The notes under the pieces: model-generated
Seen by the model: only the letters and a program-made list of their open reading frames with translations
What the model was told of the DNA's origin: nothing
The model's database searches: none
Shown here: positions 10,668 through 20,052 of the stretch, in pieces
Numbering within the stretch: position 1 is the stretch's first letter
How the letters are laid out: the number at the start of each line of letters is the position of its first letter
Translations under genes and position numbers: made by a program
From: an uncultured bacterium
GTDB taxonomy: Bacteria; Zhuqueibacterota; QNDG01; DSAB01
NCBI GenBank assembly: GCA_964651045.1
Contig: CAZYVD010000001.1
Coordinates: 87,144 to 151,143, forward strand
Length of the DNA stretch: 64,000 nt
Direction: 5' to 3'

Positions 10668-10721
10668 GATGAGAATAATTAAATATCCAAATCATAATCG
10701 CAAATAGTATACCACCAAACA

Positions 10722-10750
10722 TATAAAAAAACATCCGTTACACGGATGAT
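10722..10750 (-). terminator. rho-independent terminator downstream of the STAS gene
   Basis: Minus strand reads catccgtgtaacggatg hairpin followed by a T7 run. Confidence 0.6.
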
Positions 10751-10784
10751 CTAATAAAACTTCTCAGTCATTTTTATGTTTCCT

Positions 10785-11486
10785 CTAACGCGAACGATAA
10801 TAACGATACCGTTTTTCTTTTGTGTCCAGTTCCAGTGTTTTTAAGATTGCCCTTAACTTAAAGAATCCCACTCTTACAAATCCATATCTTTCACTTCTAA
10901 GTTGTCTGCGTATCTTGCCAATCGAACTCAAAGGATTTTCAATTACAACTCTCTTAATTTTCTCAGTAAGTGGAAGATCCTTTAAAGAACCATCTTCACC
11001 AAAACTTAACTGGCTTGTTATTTCTTCTCTGTTTTGAGAAATGTTTGTAAGCCCCTCCCCTGCCGACCGTAGTAGCGGCCTCTTTGCAATACTCTCCTGC
11101 TCTATTCTTGTTATATCTATTCCTCGGATTATATCGAACTCATCGATAGCCTCCTCTATAGAGTCGTAATAATTGAGAACCTTGTTGAATTCGAGCATTT
11201 CAAATACTTCAAATACTTCTGGACTCATCTGAACAATCTTTAAATCTCCTCCCCGATCTCGAATATTTTTAATCTCTCCTACAAATACGCCCCATCCCGC
11301 ACTGCTTACATATGTAACTCCACCAAGATCGGCAATTATTTGAAAAAAGTTCTGTTTTATCAGGTCCTGTATAGTCTTAGTAAGTTCATGGCATGTTGTG
11401 GTATCAACATATCCAATTATTGTCAATAGAGCAATATCCATACGAGCACCAACATAATTAAGTGCTATCTTTATTCCCTGCATCAA
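10785..11486 (-). CDS. STAS-domain protein (anti-sigma-factor-antagonist fold) with ~120 aa C-terminal extension
   Basis: N-terminal ~110 aa match the SpoIIAA/STAS pattern (IIADLGGVTYVSSAGWGVFVGE...). Basic C-terminus KEKRYRYYRSR. Confidence 0.55.
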   Translation of the reverse strand: MMQGIKIALNYVGARMDIALLTIIGYVDTTTCHELTKTIQDLIKQNFFQIIADLGGVTYVSSAGWGVFVGEIKNIRDRGGDLKIVQMSPEVFEVFEMLEFNKVLNYYDSIEEAIDEFDIIRGIDITRIEQESIAKRPLLRSAGEGLTNISQNREEITSQLSFGEDGSLKDLPLTEKIKRVVIENPLSSIGKIRRQLRSERYGFVRVGFFKLRAILKTLELDTKEKRYRYYRSR

Positions 11487-11499
11487 CTTCCTCTATCAT

Positions 11500-12954
11500 T
11501 TATGAGTCAGAAGTATTTTTACTTCCAGCACACGATTCATATAATTCAAGATACTCTTTTGCAACAATTTGCCAGGAAAAATCCTCCTGCATTGTATTCT
11601 TAACAAACCGGCTCCAGAATTTTTTGTCTCTATATGAATTCAGAGCCCTCCTCAGGGTTTCGAGCAGATTCTTTCCATTCATTTTCTCAAAGAGAAACTC
11701 AAAAGCATTCCCGCTATCCATATCCAATTTTCCAAAAATTCCATTCTCCTTATCGCCAATACCTATTAAAGGTATTGTGCCGTACTTCAAACCAATGAAT
11801 GATCTAAGGCCGTCTTTCTCTGGAATTGCCGGTATGAGCAGAAAATCGGAACCAGCTATCACATTGTGCATCAGTTTATTATCGAGGGAGGGGCCTATTA
11901 CCATCTTTTCGGGATTTGCCTTTTGTATATTCATAAGTTTTTGATATATCTTTTTATCACTTGCACCAAATATCATTAAATAGATATCCTCTTTGATAAT
12001 TTCATCGAGGATACTTGTGACCAATTCAAATCCTTCCCTTCCCATCAAACTATCGATGATCGAAATCAGAGGAAAATCTTGATGTAGCTTCAGTCCGTTT
12101 TTTTCAAGTATATAGCGTTTGTTCTTCTCTTTTCCCTTGAGATCGTTGTTGTTGTAATGCTGAACTATAAACCTATCTTTCTCAGGACTCCATATATTGT
12201 AATCAATACCGTTCCTTATTGTATGAAAATTTAGTGGTGAAATGAATTTCTCGCCTATCTTTCTGTCAATCGTTGTTACTACATCTGCATTAACTATACC
12301 AGCCTTAAGAAAACTGCATTCACCCTTGTTGTTTAAAATCTTATCATTATACTCAAAATCACCGTTCAGTCCCATGTACGAGAGACATTCGGAGGGGAAA
12401 CTACCCTGAAAGTTACTATCATAAACTGTAAAGACTGAGGAAATGTTGTTAAAAAAATCATCTTTATTGTATAAGTATCTTAAAAAAAATGGGATTAGAC
12501 CCGTCTGCCAATCATGACAATGAACAATATCGGGCTGCCACTGCAAACGTATCAGTGTCTCCATTACACTCTTTGAAAACAAAATAAATCGCTTATCATT
12601 ATCCTTGAAATATCCACCACGCCTTGCATCCTTATAGAGTCCATTTTTTGAAAAGAATGGTCTGTAGTTTACAAAATAGACCTGAACCTTCGAATTTGGA
12701 ACAAATGCCGACTTAACATTTATCTTTACACTCTCCCGGCCAAGTGGAATCTCTATGTCCCTCAGTCTTATTACATCTCGAAGAATATATTTTCTTTCAT
12801 TAATAACATGATACTGCGGCGACACAACCCTTACATCATTACCTAAATCTTTTAAAACCTTTGGAAGAATGCCTCCTATATCACCAACCAGTCCTGTGCG
12901 CACAAAAGGTGCAATCTCAGGGAATACCATTAAGACTTTTAAATTCTTCCTCAT
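11500..12954 (-). CDS. glgA: glycogen/starch synthase (GT5)
   Basis: 484 aa with N-terminal KVLMVFPEIAPFVRTGLVGDIGG motif and GT-B fold. Confidence 0.85.
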   Translation of the reverse strand: MRKNLKVLMVFPEIAPFVRTGLVGDIGGILPKVLKDLGNDVRVVSPQYHVINERKYILRDVIRLRDIEIPLGRESVKINVKSAFVPNSKVQVYFVNYRPFFSKNGLYKDARRGGYFKDNDKRFILFSKSVMETLIRLQWQPDIVHCHDWQTGLIPFFLRYLYNKDDFFNNISSVFTVYDSNFQGSFPSECLSYMGLNGDFEYNDKILNNKGECSFLKAGIVNADVVTTIDRKIGEKFISPLNFHTIRNGIDYNIWSPEKDRFIVQHYNNNDLKGKEKNKRYILEKNGLKLHQDFPLISIIDSLMGREGFELVTSILDEIIKEDIYLMIFGASDKKIYQKLMNIQKANPEKMVIGPSLDNKLMHNVIAGSDFLLIPAIPEKDGLRSFIGLKYGTIPLIGIGDKENGIFGKLDMDSGNAFEFLFEKMNGKNLLETLRRALNSYRDKKFWSRFVKNTMQEDFSWQIVAKEYLELYESCAGSKNTSDS

Positions 12955-12987
12955 AATTTTTTCCGATCTATTAGTTTAGTGCAATCT

Positions 12988-13830
12988 CTATTTGATTTTA
13001 TCAAGAAAACGCCTCGCAATATTGACATATTCACTGGTGGGATAATTATCTATCAATTTTTGAAATTCTACCCTTGCCTTGGCAGTATCATTGAGCCGCA
13101 TATAACACAGTCCAAGCTTCAATTGTGCATCTGCATCTTTGTTTGATTGTCTAAACGAGAAAACCTTCTCGAATGCAACAATCGCCTCTTCATATTTACC
13201 CATTCCATAATAGGATTCTCCAATCCAGTATTGGCAATTATCTGAAAGGGGATTGGTAGAGCTTTCCATCAAAAGGGCTTCAAATTTCTGTATTGCTTCT
13301 CTGTACCGCCTTGCAAGATAGTCACGGCGAGCTTCCTGATAACGCTGTTCAAAAGGCAGTCTCTTCCAGCTCGCCACACTCTTTTCTTTTGATGTACTGC
13401 CGCTCTCTGCTTTCCGAAGTGCTTTCAGAGTACTGTCCTGTTCAGAAACCTTCTTTTTTAAATCTTCTGTCTTCTTTTCATATTCAGTGCTTCTGGTTGC
13501 TAACTCATGAACCGTACTGTCCAGTTGCGCTTTTTCCTGTCCGGCTGTAAGAGTGTCTACTGCTGTGGTTTTCTCCTCAACTCCAAGAAGTCGCAGCACA
13601 TCGTCTTCAGGAATAGTATCACTGCTTTCTTTTTGCTCTACCTTTTCCTCTGCGATTCCGAGTAGTTCATCAATATCTGCCACCCCTTCTCCTGCAGGCC
13701 TCTCCTGTTGATAAGCAGGACCAGTTGCTGCACATCCTGCTATGAATATTAATCCAACAGCCAGAAGAAGCCAGGCACCCATTCCCAATACTCTTAATTG
13801 CTTCATGACCCCTCCTCCTCTTTTTCTCAA
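12988..13830 (-). CDS. TPR-repeat periplasmic protein, YbgF/CpoB-like
   Basis: Signal peptide, central coiled coil, C-terminal TPR repeats (YWIGESYYGMGKYEEAI...). Confidence 0.6.
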   Translation of the reverse strand: MRKRGGGVMKQLRVLGMGAWLLLAVGLIFIAGCAATGPAYQQERPAGEGVADIDELLGIAEEKVEQKESSDTIPEDDVLRLLGVEEKTTAVDTLTAGQEKAQLDSTVHELATRSTEYEKKTEDLKKKVSEQDSTLKALRKAESGSTSKEKSVASWKRLPFEQRYQEARRDYLARRYREAIQKFEALLMESSTNPLSDNCQYWIGESYYGMGKYEEAIVAFEKVFSFRQSNKDADAQLKLGLCYMRLNDTAKARVEFQKLIDNYPTSEYVNIARRFLDKIK

Positions 13831-13869
13831 TCTAAATCTGATATAATTTATTGAAAATAATGAAAAAAA

Positions 13870-14685
13870 TCAAGATTTTTTAACACTACTACTTGCCCTT
13901 CCACTTAAAATTAAAAATATTGCAAGACCAGCTAAAAACATTAAGAATGAAATCAACTGATTTATTGTAAACCAAACTCCTATGAATGAAAACTTTACCG
14001 AGGGTTCATAGTATCTTACAAAGTCGACAAGAAAACGGAAGGTGCCATACATCATGAAAAATAGAGATAGAAAAAAACCATCAAAACGAACTCTTTTTTC
14101 AAGCACCAGAATCGTAACCAGAATTATCAGACCATAGAGTGACGAATACAGCTGTGTGGGATGAATAGCCACACCCTGAAGCGTAGAACCAGCAGGACTT
14201 GTGAGCGGAAAAACCATTGCCCATGGAAGATCACACTGTTTTCCAAAACAACATCCATTTAAAAAACATCCTATTCTAGTGATCGCTATACCAAGTGCAA
14301 TTGCAGGTGCCATTACATCCCCGAGCTTAAGGATCGAAACTTTTCTGATCCGACAAAAGATTGTCACCGCAATTATTGAGAGCACAACTCCACCGAGCAT
14401 TGTCAACCCTGCTATGCCGATCTCCCCAGAACTCTGAAAAGGATTAAAGGTGTCTATCCATCTTCCCTTGAACTCCTGAAGATGAGTCAAAACATAGAGC
14501 AACCTCGCACCTACTATTGAACTGATCACAACCATTATGGAGAGATCCATAATATCATTACGATTTATGCCCTTTCTCTCCCCCCTCTTAACAGACCAGA
14601 AAATTCCGATCAAAAAGGAAATGGCCAGAAGTAAGCCGTATGAATGAACCTCAAATCTTCCGATCTTAAACAGAATTGGATGCAT
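13870..14685 (-). CDS. lgt: prolipoprotein diacylglyceryl transferase
   Basis: 271 aa polytopic protein with the Lgt signature region RIGCFLNGCCFGK. Confidence 0.8.
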   Translation of the reverse strand: MHPILFKIGRFEVHSYGLLLAISFLIGIFWSVKRGERKGINRNDIMDLSIMVVISSIVGARLLYVLTHLQEFKGRWIDTFNPFQSSGEIGIAGLTMLGGVVLSIIAVTIFCRIRKVSILKLGDVMAPAIALGIAITRIGCFLNGCCFGKQCDLPWAMVFPLTSPAGSTLQGVAIHPTQLYSSLYGLIILVTILVLEKRVRFDGFFLSLFFMMYGTFRFLVDFVRYYEPSVKFSFIGVWFTINQLISFLMFLAGLAIFLILSGRASSSVKKS

Positions 14686-14712
14686 CGATCTTATCCTCCA
14701 TATTAATTAATA

Positions 14713-15933
14713 TTAATATTTATATTTATTCCCAGATATATTTGCTGCCAATCCAACCAATATCATTGAGACCAGCAAAGAAGAACCACCATAACTTAAA
14801 AATGGAAGCGGAAGCCCTGTTATTGGTACAAGGCCTACAGTCATTCCTATGTTTATGAAAAACTGAAATGTCAGAACAGAAAATGAACCCACTGCTACAA
14901 GAGTGTAGAATCTGTTCCTTGCCTTTCTTGCTATATCAAGAATCTTGACAAAGAGCATAAAAAAAAGTCCAAAGAGTATGATCACTCCAACAAATCCCAT
15001 CTCTTCTGCCAGAACAGTAAATATGAAATCTGTCTGCTGTTCTGGTAAAAATCTAAGCTGTGTCTGAGACCCATGAAGCAATCCCTTACCAATAATACCA
15101 CCAGAACCTACAGCTACTTTAGATTGAATAAGTTGATATGCCACGCCGTGTGGGTCGGACTTCATTCCAAGAAAAATGAGTATTCTCTGCTGCTGGTACG
15201 GTTCGAGTCTCGACCACAGGGCCGGAGCAATCAACCCGATAATAAAATTAACACCAGTCAGACTCAGGATCAAAGCCAATCTTTGTTTCAAAAAGACCAG
15301 TGTTACAATTAATATGAACATAAAAACTATAAATGTCAACTGAGAAAATCCTGCGGCAAAAGCAAATACAGGTATCAACATAAATATAATAATTCTCATC
15401 TCAATTCCAGCCCACACACAGATCGTAAGCCATATAAAAATAAAAACAAAAGATGTTCCAACATCTGGTTCTTTTAATATTAAAAGAAGAGGTGGAGATG
15501 CAAGAAGAAGCGAACCAAGAAATCTTTTCCATCTCAATCGAATCTCGTCTCCATCTGCTATATATCTTGAAACAGCTAGTATTGTCGATATCTTAGCAAG
15601 CTCAGAGGGCTGAAAGCCAAAACCACCCAATCTTATCCAGCGATGCACATCTCCAGAACCAAGAAAAAGTACTGCAACAAGGAGAGCAAGCGAAATTCCA
15701 TAAAGAATATATGAACTTCTATATAACACATTAATTGGAATATAGAGCACACCGATCAGGATCAAAAGGCCGAGTATGAACCACAAAATTTGCCTGCTGA
15801 ACTCACTGTTCATGACAGATTGATTGCTGCCTGCCGCGGTACTATAGAGACAGCAGGAGCCAACCACTATTAGTGCAAACATTACCATGAGCAGAGACCA
15901 GTCAACAGGAGGAGCCTTTAACCGCAGAATCAC
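14713..15933 (-). CDS. rodA: rod-shape determining SEDS glycosyltransferase RodA
   Basis: 406 aa FtsW/RodA/SpoVE family member; adjacent to mrdA-mreDCB so called RodA. Confidence 0.85.
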   Translation of the reverse strand: MILRLKAPPVDWSLLMVMFALIVVGSCCLYSTAAGSNQSVMNSEFSRQILWFILGLLILIGVLYIPINVLYRSSYILYGISLALLVAVLFLGSGDVHRWIRLGGFGFQPSELAKISTILAVSRYIADGDEIRLRWKRFLGSLLLASPPLLLILKEPDVGTSFVFIFIWLTICVWAGIEMRIIIFMLIPVFAFAAGFSQLTFIVFMFILIVTLVFLKQRLALILSLTGVNFIIGLIAPALWSRLEPYQQQRILIFLGMKSDPHGVAYQLIQSKVAVGSGGIIGKGLLHGSQTQLRFLPEQQTDFIFTVLAEEMGFVGVIILFGLFFMLFVKILDIARKARNRFYTLVAVGSFSVLTFQFFINIGMTVGLVPITGLPLPFLSYGGSSLLVSMILVGLAANISGNKYKY

Positions 15934-17699
15934 TCGAGACCTCCTCTGAAAAAATAGTATTTAAAGATACCTCTTGCAATCGGGGCAGCCACAATTCCGC
16001 CGCTTCCACCATTTTCAACAACAACTACAACAACAAGTTCCGGCCTATCAAGCGGGGCAAAACCTATAAACCATGCATGTGGCTTTCCATAGGGATTTTG
16101 TGCAGTACCAGTCTTTCCACATATATCTAATCCATCTACACTTGCTGCGATTGCCGTACCATCGCCGCAGTTTACTGCTCGATACATCCCCTCTTTGATT
16201 ATCCTGAAGCTCTCCCTATAAATTTTTTTAACATCTCTGGCCCGCTGTTCAGCCTCTTCCCATTTCCCTACATGGTCGTTAAATATAGATTTTACAACAT
16301 GAATAGATTGAATCTCACCTTCTAACGCAATTATTGAAGCAAGATTTGCCATCTGAATGGGCGTTACCAGAAGGTCTCCCTGACCTACAGATAGATTTAA
16401 AACCATTCCCTCAGACAATCCCTCTTGACCATATTTTCTATTTAAATAACGCTTCTGGGGAAGAAGTCCTCTGTTTTCATCCGGTAAATCGATACCTGTA
16501 AGATCTCCAATGCAAAGCATTCTGCCGTATCTAATTATGTTATCGAGACCTATCATTAAACCAAGATTAAAAAAATAGATGTTGCAGGATACTCCTAATG
16601 CCTCTATCATATTCACACTACCATGACCATCAGACCTCCAGCAGTGAAACAAACGATCTCCAAACCAGAAGTATCCATTACAAAAAATTTCTCTCCTCTG
16701 ATCTATTATCCCCTCCTCCAATGCTGCTGCGGCCAATATCAATTTGAAGACCGATCCAGGTGGAAGCTGGGCCTGGATAGCCCTGTTGATAAGGGGTTTA
16801 TCAGGATCATTCTTTAATCTGGTCCACAAATCAACACTCAAACCCTTTACAAAAAGCTCTAAAGGGAAATCGGGCATGCTGACCATGGCAAGAATCTCAC
16901 CATTTCGCGGATCGAGTACAACGGCAGCACCCTTAACATCTTTCATTAAATTCTCAACTCTCCTCTGAAACTCAACATCAATTGTAAGCATGATATTTTT
17001 CCCCGGAACCGGATCGACATCCCGCTTGCCGTTGAAATTACCCACAACCCTTCCCAGTACATCAATCTCTAAATATCTATATCCCTTTCGGCCTCTCAGC
17101 ACATGATCATAGCTCTTCTCAACTCCACTCTTGCCTACTATATCACCCCTGTCTATATAAGGAGTACTAACTTTTTCTAAATCTCTCATGTCTGCCTCAC
17201 CGGTATATCCTATCAGATGGGAAAGTGAAACTGGCGATGGATATACTCTCACAGGCTCAGCCTGATAGTATATTCCTGGAAGGTCGAGCTTATTCTCCTC
17301 GAGATTTGAAAGCGCTAAAAAGTTGATATCTCTTCTGATTCTCACAGGTGTAAAAAGACCGCCTCCTGCTCTTTCTATCCTTTCTTCAATCTCTTTTTTT
17401 GATATTCCTAAAAGGGATGATAATCTCTCCGGTGTTATTTTGGCTTCCCTGAATTCTCGGGGTATGACAAAGAGTGAATAGCTCGGACGATTCTCAACAA
17501 CTACTCTTCCGTTTCTATCAAAAATAATTCCACGCGGTGGAATTACGGGTATTCTCCTTATTCTGTTGCGCTCAGACAATCTCTTATAAACAGAACTCTG
17601 CAGTATCTGAAGCTGAAATATTCGAACTATAAGCACAAAAAAAATGGCCATCATTGCCCATCTGAAAAATCTAACACGGCTGGTGTCAACCATTTCCAT
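15930..17699 (-). CDS. mrdA: penicillin-binding protein 2 (elongasome transpeptidase)
   Basis: 589 aa with PBP dimerisation domain and transpeptidase SVFK (SxxK) motif. Confidence 0.85.
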   Translation of the reverse strand: MEMVDTSRVRFFRWAMMAIFFVLIVRIFQLQILQSSVYKRLSERNRIRRIPVIPPRGIIFDRNGRVVVENRPSYSLFVIPREFREAKITPERLSSLLGISKKEIEERIERAGGGLFTPVRIRRDINFLALSNLEENKLDLPGIYYQAEPVRVYPSPVSLSHLIGYTGEADMRDLEKVSTPYIDRGDIVGKSGVEKSYDHVLRGRKGYRYLEIDVLGRVVGNFNGKRDVDPVPGKNIMLTIDVEFQRRVENLMKDVKGAAVVLDPRNGEILAMVSMPDFPLELFVKGLSVDLWTRLKNDPDKPLINRAIQAQLPPGSVFKLILAAAALEEGIIDQRREIFCNGYFWFGDRLFHCWRSDGHGSVNMIEALGVSCNIYFFNLGLMIGLDNIIRYGRMLCIGDLTGIDLPDENRGLLPQKRYLNRKYGQEGLSEGMVLNLSVGQGDLLVTPIQMANLASIIALEGEIQSIHVVKSIFNDHVGKWEEAEQRARDVKKIYRESFRIIKEGMYRAVNCGDGTAIAASVDGLDICGKTGTAQNPYGKPHAWFIGFAPLDRPELVVVVVVENGGSGGIVAAPIARGIFKYYFFRGGLE

Positions 17700-17705
17700 A
17701 TCAGG

Positions 17706-18194
17706 CTAATCTCCCCTCTTCTTTTTCTTCCACAATTCTATCGACCCATACACTGCTACACCAACAACCATTGTATAAAATGAAGAGGGAATAAGATACC
17801 TCAAAACAAGTGAAAGATAACCACCTGCAGAGTGAAGAGATGTAAACACAGAATAAATCATTTGATGAATAAACACAGTGATAAAAAGCGTGAAAATCAA
17901 TAATATGAAAGGAATACTCTTTTTGTTCCGCATTATATATCCTGCAAAGAAACATGCAATAGACTTTGATAGTGAATAGATACCCATGATTGTTGCCTGA
18001 ACAAGATCCTGTATGATTCCACCGACAAATCCAGCAATAACTCCCTTATAACTTTCTCTTCTTACAGACCAATATACCAGATAAATCAAAATAATATCTG
18101 GGCCGACACCCAATATCTGAATAAGTGGTGCAAGAGTAAAATGTATTACAACAACTATCAGTAAAAACAGAAAAAATATCAGGCTTTCATACAT
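17706..18194 (-). CDS. mreD: rod shape-determining protein MreD
   Basis: 162 aa polytopic membrane protein immediately downstream of mreC. Confidence 0.7.
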   Translation of the reverse strand: MYESLIFFLFLLIVVVIHFTLAPLIQILGVGPDIILIYLVYWSVRRESYKGVIAGFVGGIIQDLVQATIMGIYSLSKSIACFFAGYIMRNKKSIPFILLIFTLFITVFIHQMIYSVFTSLHSAGGYLSLVLRYLIPSSFYTMVVGVAVYGSIELWKKKKRGD

Positions 18195-18197
18195 CTG

Positions 18198-19004
18198 TTA
18201 CTGTCTACCATTGTCAAATTTCTTTTTTACAACCAGCACCTCTTCGAGCCTTGAAAAGTCTACTGCTGTCTTTATCAGAATCTTTTTAAAAAGACCGCTG
18301 CTTTCATCTGAAACCTCGACAACCCTTCCAATCTCCACTCCACCTGGATATATCTGACTGTATCCAGAGGTTACGATACAGTCTCCAACCTCTACATCTG
18401 CCCCCACAGAAACTCCGTCCATAGAACATAGATTCCCATAAAGCCATCGAACTATACCCACGACTCTGCTACGCTTAATCCTTCCGCTTATACGAAAATT
18501 TGCATCTGTCATGATGTGGCCAATCGATGTGGTCGTATTTACCAAAATGATCTTACCCACAACCCCCTCAGGAGTAACAATCGCCATGTTTTTTCTACAT
18601 CCATCCCTCAACCCAACATTGAGATGAATCGATCCTGGCAGGCCGCCAACTCCTGCTCCAATTACCTCTGCAGGAATTACATCATACTCAACCTCCTTTT
18701 TCAGTCCAAGAAGGTCTCTCAGTCTAATATTTTCCTGAACGACCTCCTCATATCGGCTGTAGTCGAGTAATAGTCTCCCCAATTGCCTCTTTAGGATCCT
18801 GTTTTCTCTCTTAGCCTCAAACAGAGCAGGAACATATGAGGCAGCCTCTTCCATGGATCCAACTATTAATGATGCACCACTCCTCATGTAGCCAATAAAA
18901 AGAGAATCATTCAAGGCCATCAGGATAAACGAAATGATAACAGCCGTTCCAAGTACAAGATAATCCCTGTATCTGTGCCAGAATCTCGAAATTCCATATT
19001 GCAT
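18198..19004 (-). CDS. mreC: rod shape-determining protein MreC
   Basis: 268 aa with N-terminal TM, coiled coil and MreC beta domain. Confidence 0.8.
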   Translation of the reverse strand: MQYGISRFWHRYRDYLVLGTAVIISFILMALNDSLFIGYMRSGASLIVGSMEEAASYVPALFEAKRENRILKRQLGRLLLDYSRYEEVVQENIRLRDLLGLKKEVEYDVIPAEVIGAGVGGLPGSIHLNVGLRDGCRKNMAIVTPEGVVGKIILVNTTTSIGHIMTDANFRISGRIKRSRVVGIVRWLYGNLCSMDGVSVGADVEVGDCIVTSGYSQIYPGGVEIGRVVEVSDESSGLFKKILIKTAVDFSRLEEVLVVKKKFDNGRQ

Positions 19005-19012
19005 GCCTGCCT

Positions 19013-20050
19013 CTATCTTCTGGTCCGAATGTTCAGGATCTTCTTATACTTTTCCAAATCCTCAAGCACGATTCCAACACCCTTCACAACTGCAGTCATT
19101 GGATCCTCCGCAAGATTCACTGGAACATTGGTCTCTATTCTAAGCCTTTCGTCAAGCCCTCTGAGCATTGCACCTCCCCCAGTCATTATTATTCCTCTTT
19201 CGAGTATATCCGGCGATAGTTCTGGAGGTGTCTTCTCAAGAGCAAGGAGCACTGCCTCTACTATGGCACGCACAGGTTCTTCTAAAGCCTCCTGGATTTC
19301 TCTGCTTGATACTTCAACGGTACGTGGAATTCCTGCTATCAGGTCCCGTCCCTGAACGCTTATTCTCTTATCTTCCTTAAAAGGTCTTGTAGAGCCCGAT
19401 TCAATCTTGATCCTCTCGGCCATCATTTCACCAAGAAGAAGATTATGGTTCTTCTTGAAATATGTCACAATAGCCTCGTTCATTTCGTCACCAGCTATCC
19501 GTATGGATATCTTTGTTACTATACCAGACATGGCAACGACTGCAATCTCTGTGGTACCACCACCTATATCGACAACCATGCTTCCCACAGGTTCTTCAAT
19601 AGGAAGCCCTACTCCAATTGCTGCTGCCATGGGCTCCTCTACAAGAAAGACATCCCTAGCGCCTGCCCGTTCCCCAGAATCCCTTACTGCTCGCCTCTCT
19701 ACCTCTGTTATGCCAGATGGTATTGAGATAGTCATTAGAGGATGAAAAAATTGTTTTACCTGTACCTTTTTAATGAATCTCTTTATCATCATTTCTGCAA
19801 GATCAAAATCGGCAATTACACCATCCTTCATTGGACGAACAGTTATGATCTCCTCAGGTGTCTTTCCCCACATCTCTCTTGCCTCCTGCCCCACTGCCAG
19901 AATTGTGTTGTCTGCTCTTCGGACTGCAATCATCGAAGGCTCATTTAGTAAAATGCCCTTGCCCTTCACATGAATCAGTGTATTTGCAGTTCCTAAATCG
20001 ATAGCAATATCATTGCTGAAAAAACTCCATATTGAAAATCCCATATTCAC
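19013..20050 (-). CDS. mreB: actin-like rod shape-determining protein MreB
   Basis: 345 aa actin/Hsp70 fold (DLGTANTLIHVKGKG, DIGGGTTEIAV). GAGGTGA Shine-Dalgarno precedes the ATG. Confidence 0.9.
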   Translation of the reverse strand: MNMGFSIWSFFSNDIAIDLGTANTLIHVKGKGILLNEPSMIAVRRADNTILAVGQEAREMWGKTPEEIITVRPMKDGVIADFDLAEMMIKRFIKKVQVKQFFHPLMTISIPSGITEVERRAVRDSGERAGARDVFLVEEPMAAAIGVGLPIEEPVGSMVVDIGGGTTEIAVVAMSGIVTKISIRIAGDEMNEAIVTYFKKNHNLLLGEMMAERIKIESGSTRPFKEDKRISVQGRDLIAGIPRTVEVSSREIQEALEEPVRAIVEAVLLALEKTPPELSPDILERGIIMTGGGAMLRGLDERLRIETNVPVNLAEDPMTAVVKGVGIVLEDLEKYKKILNIRTRR

Positions 20051-20052
20051 CT

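Noticed and set aside
17701-17955. 84-aa minus-strand ORF overlapping mreD
   Set aside because: Alternative frame inside MreD; MreD frame gives a coherent polytopic membrane protein.
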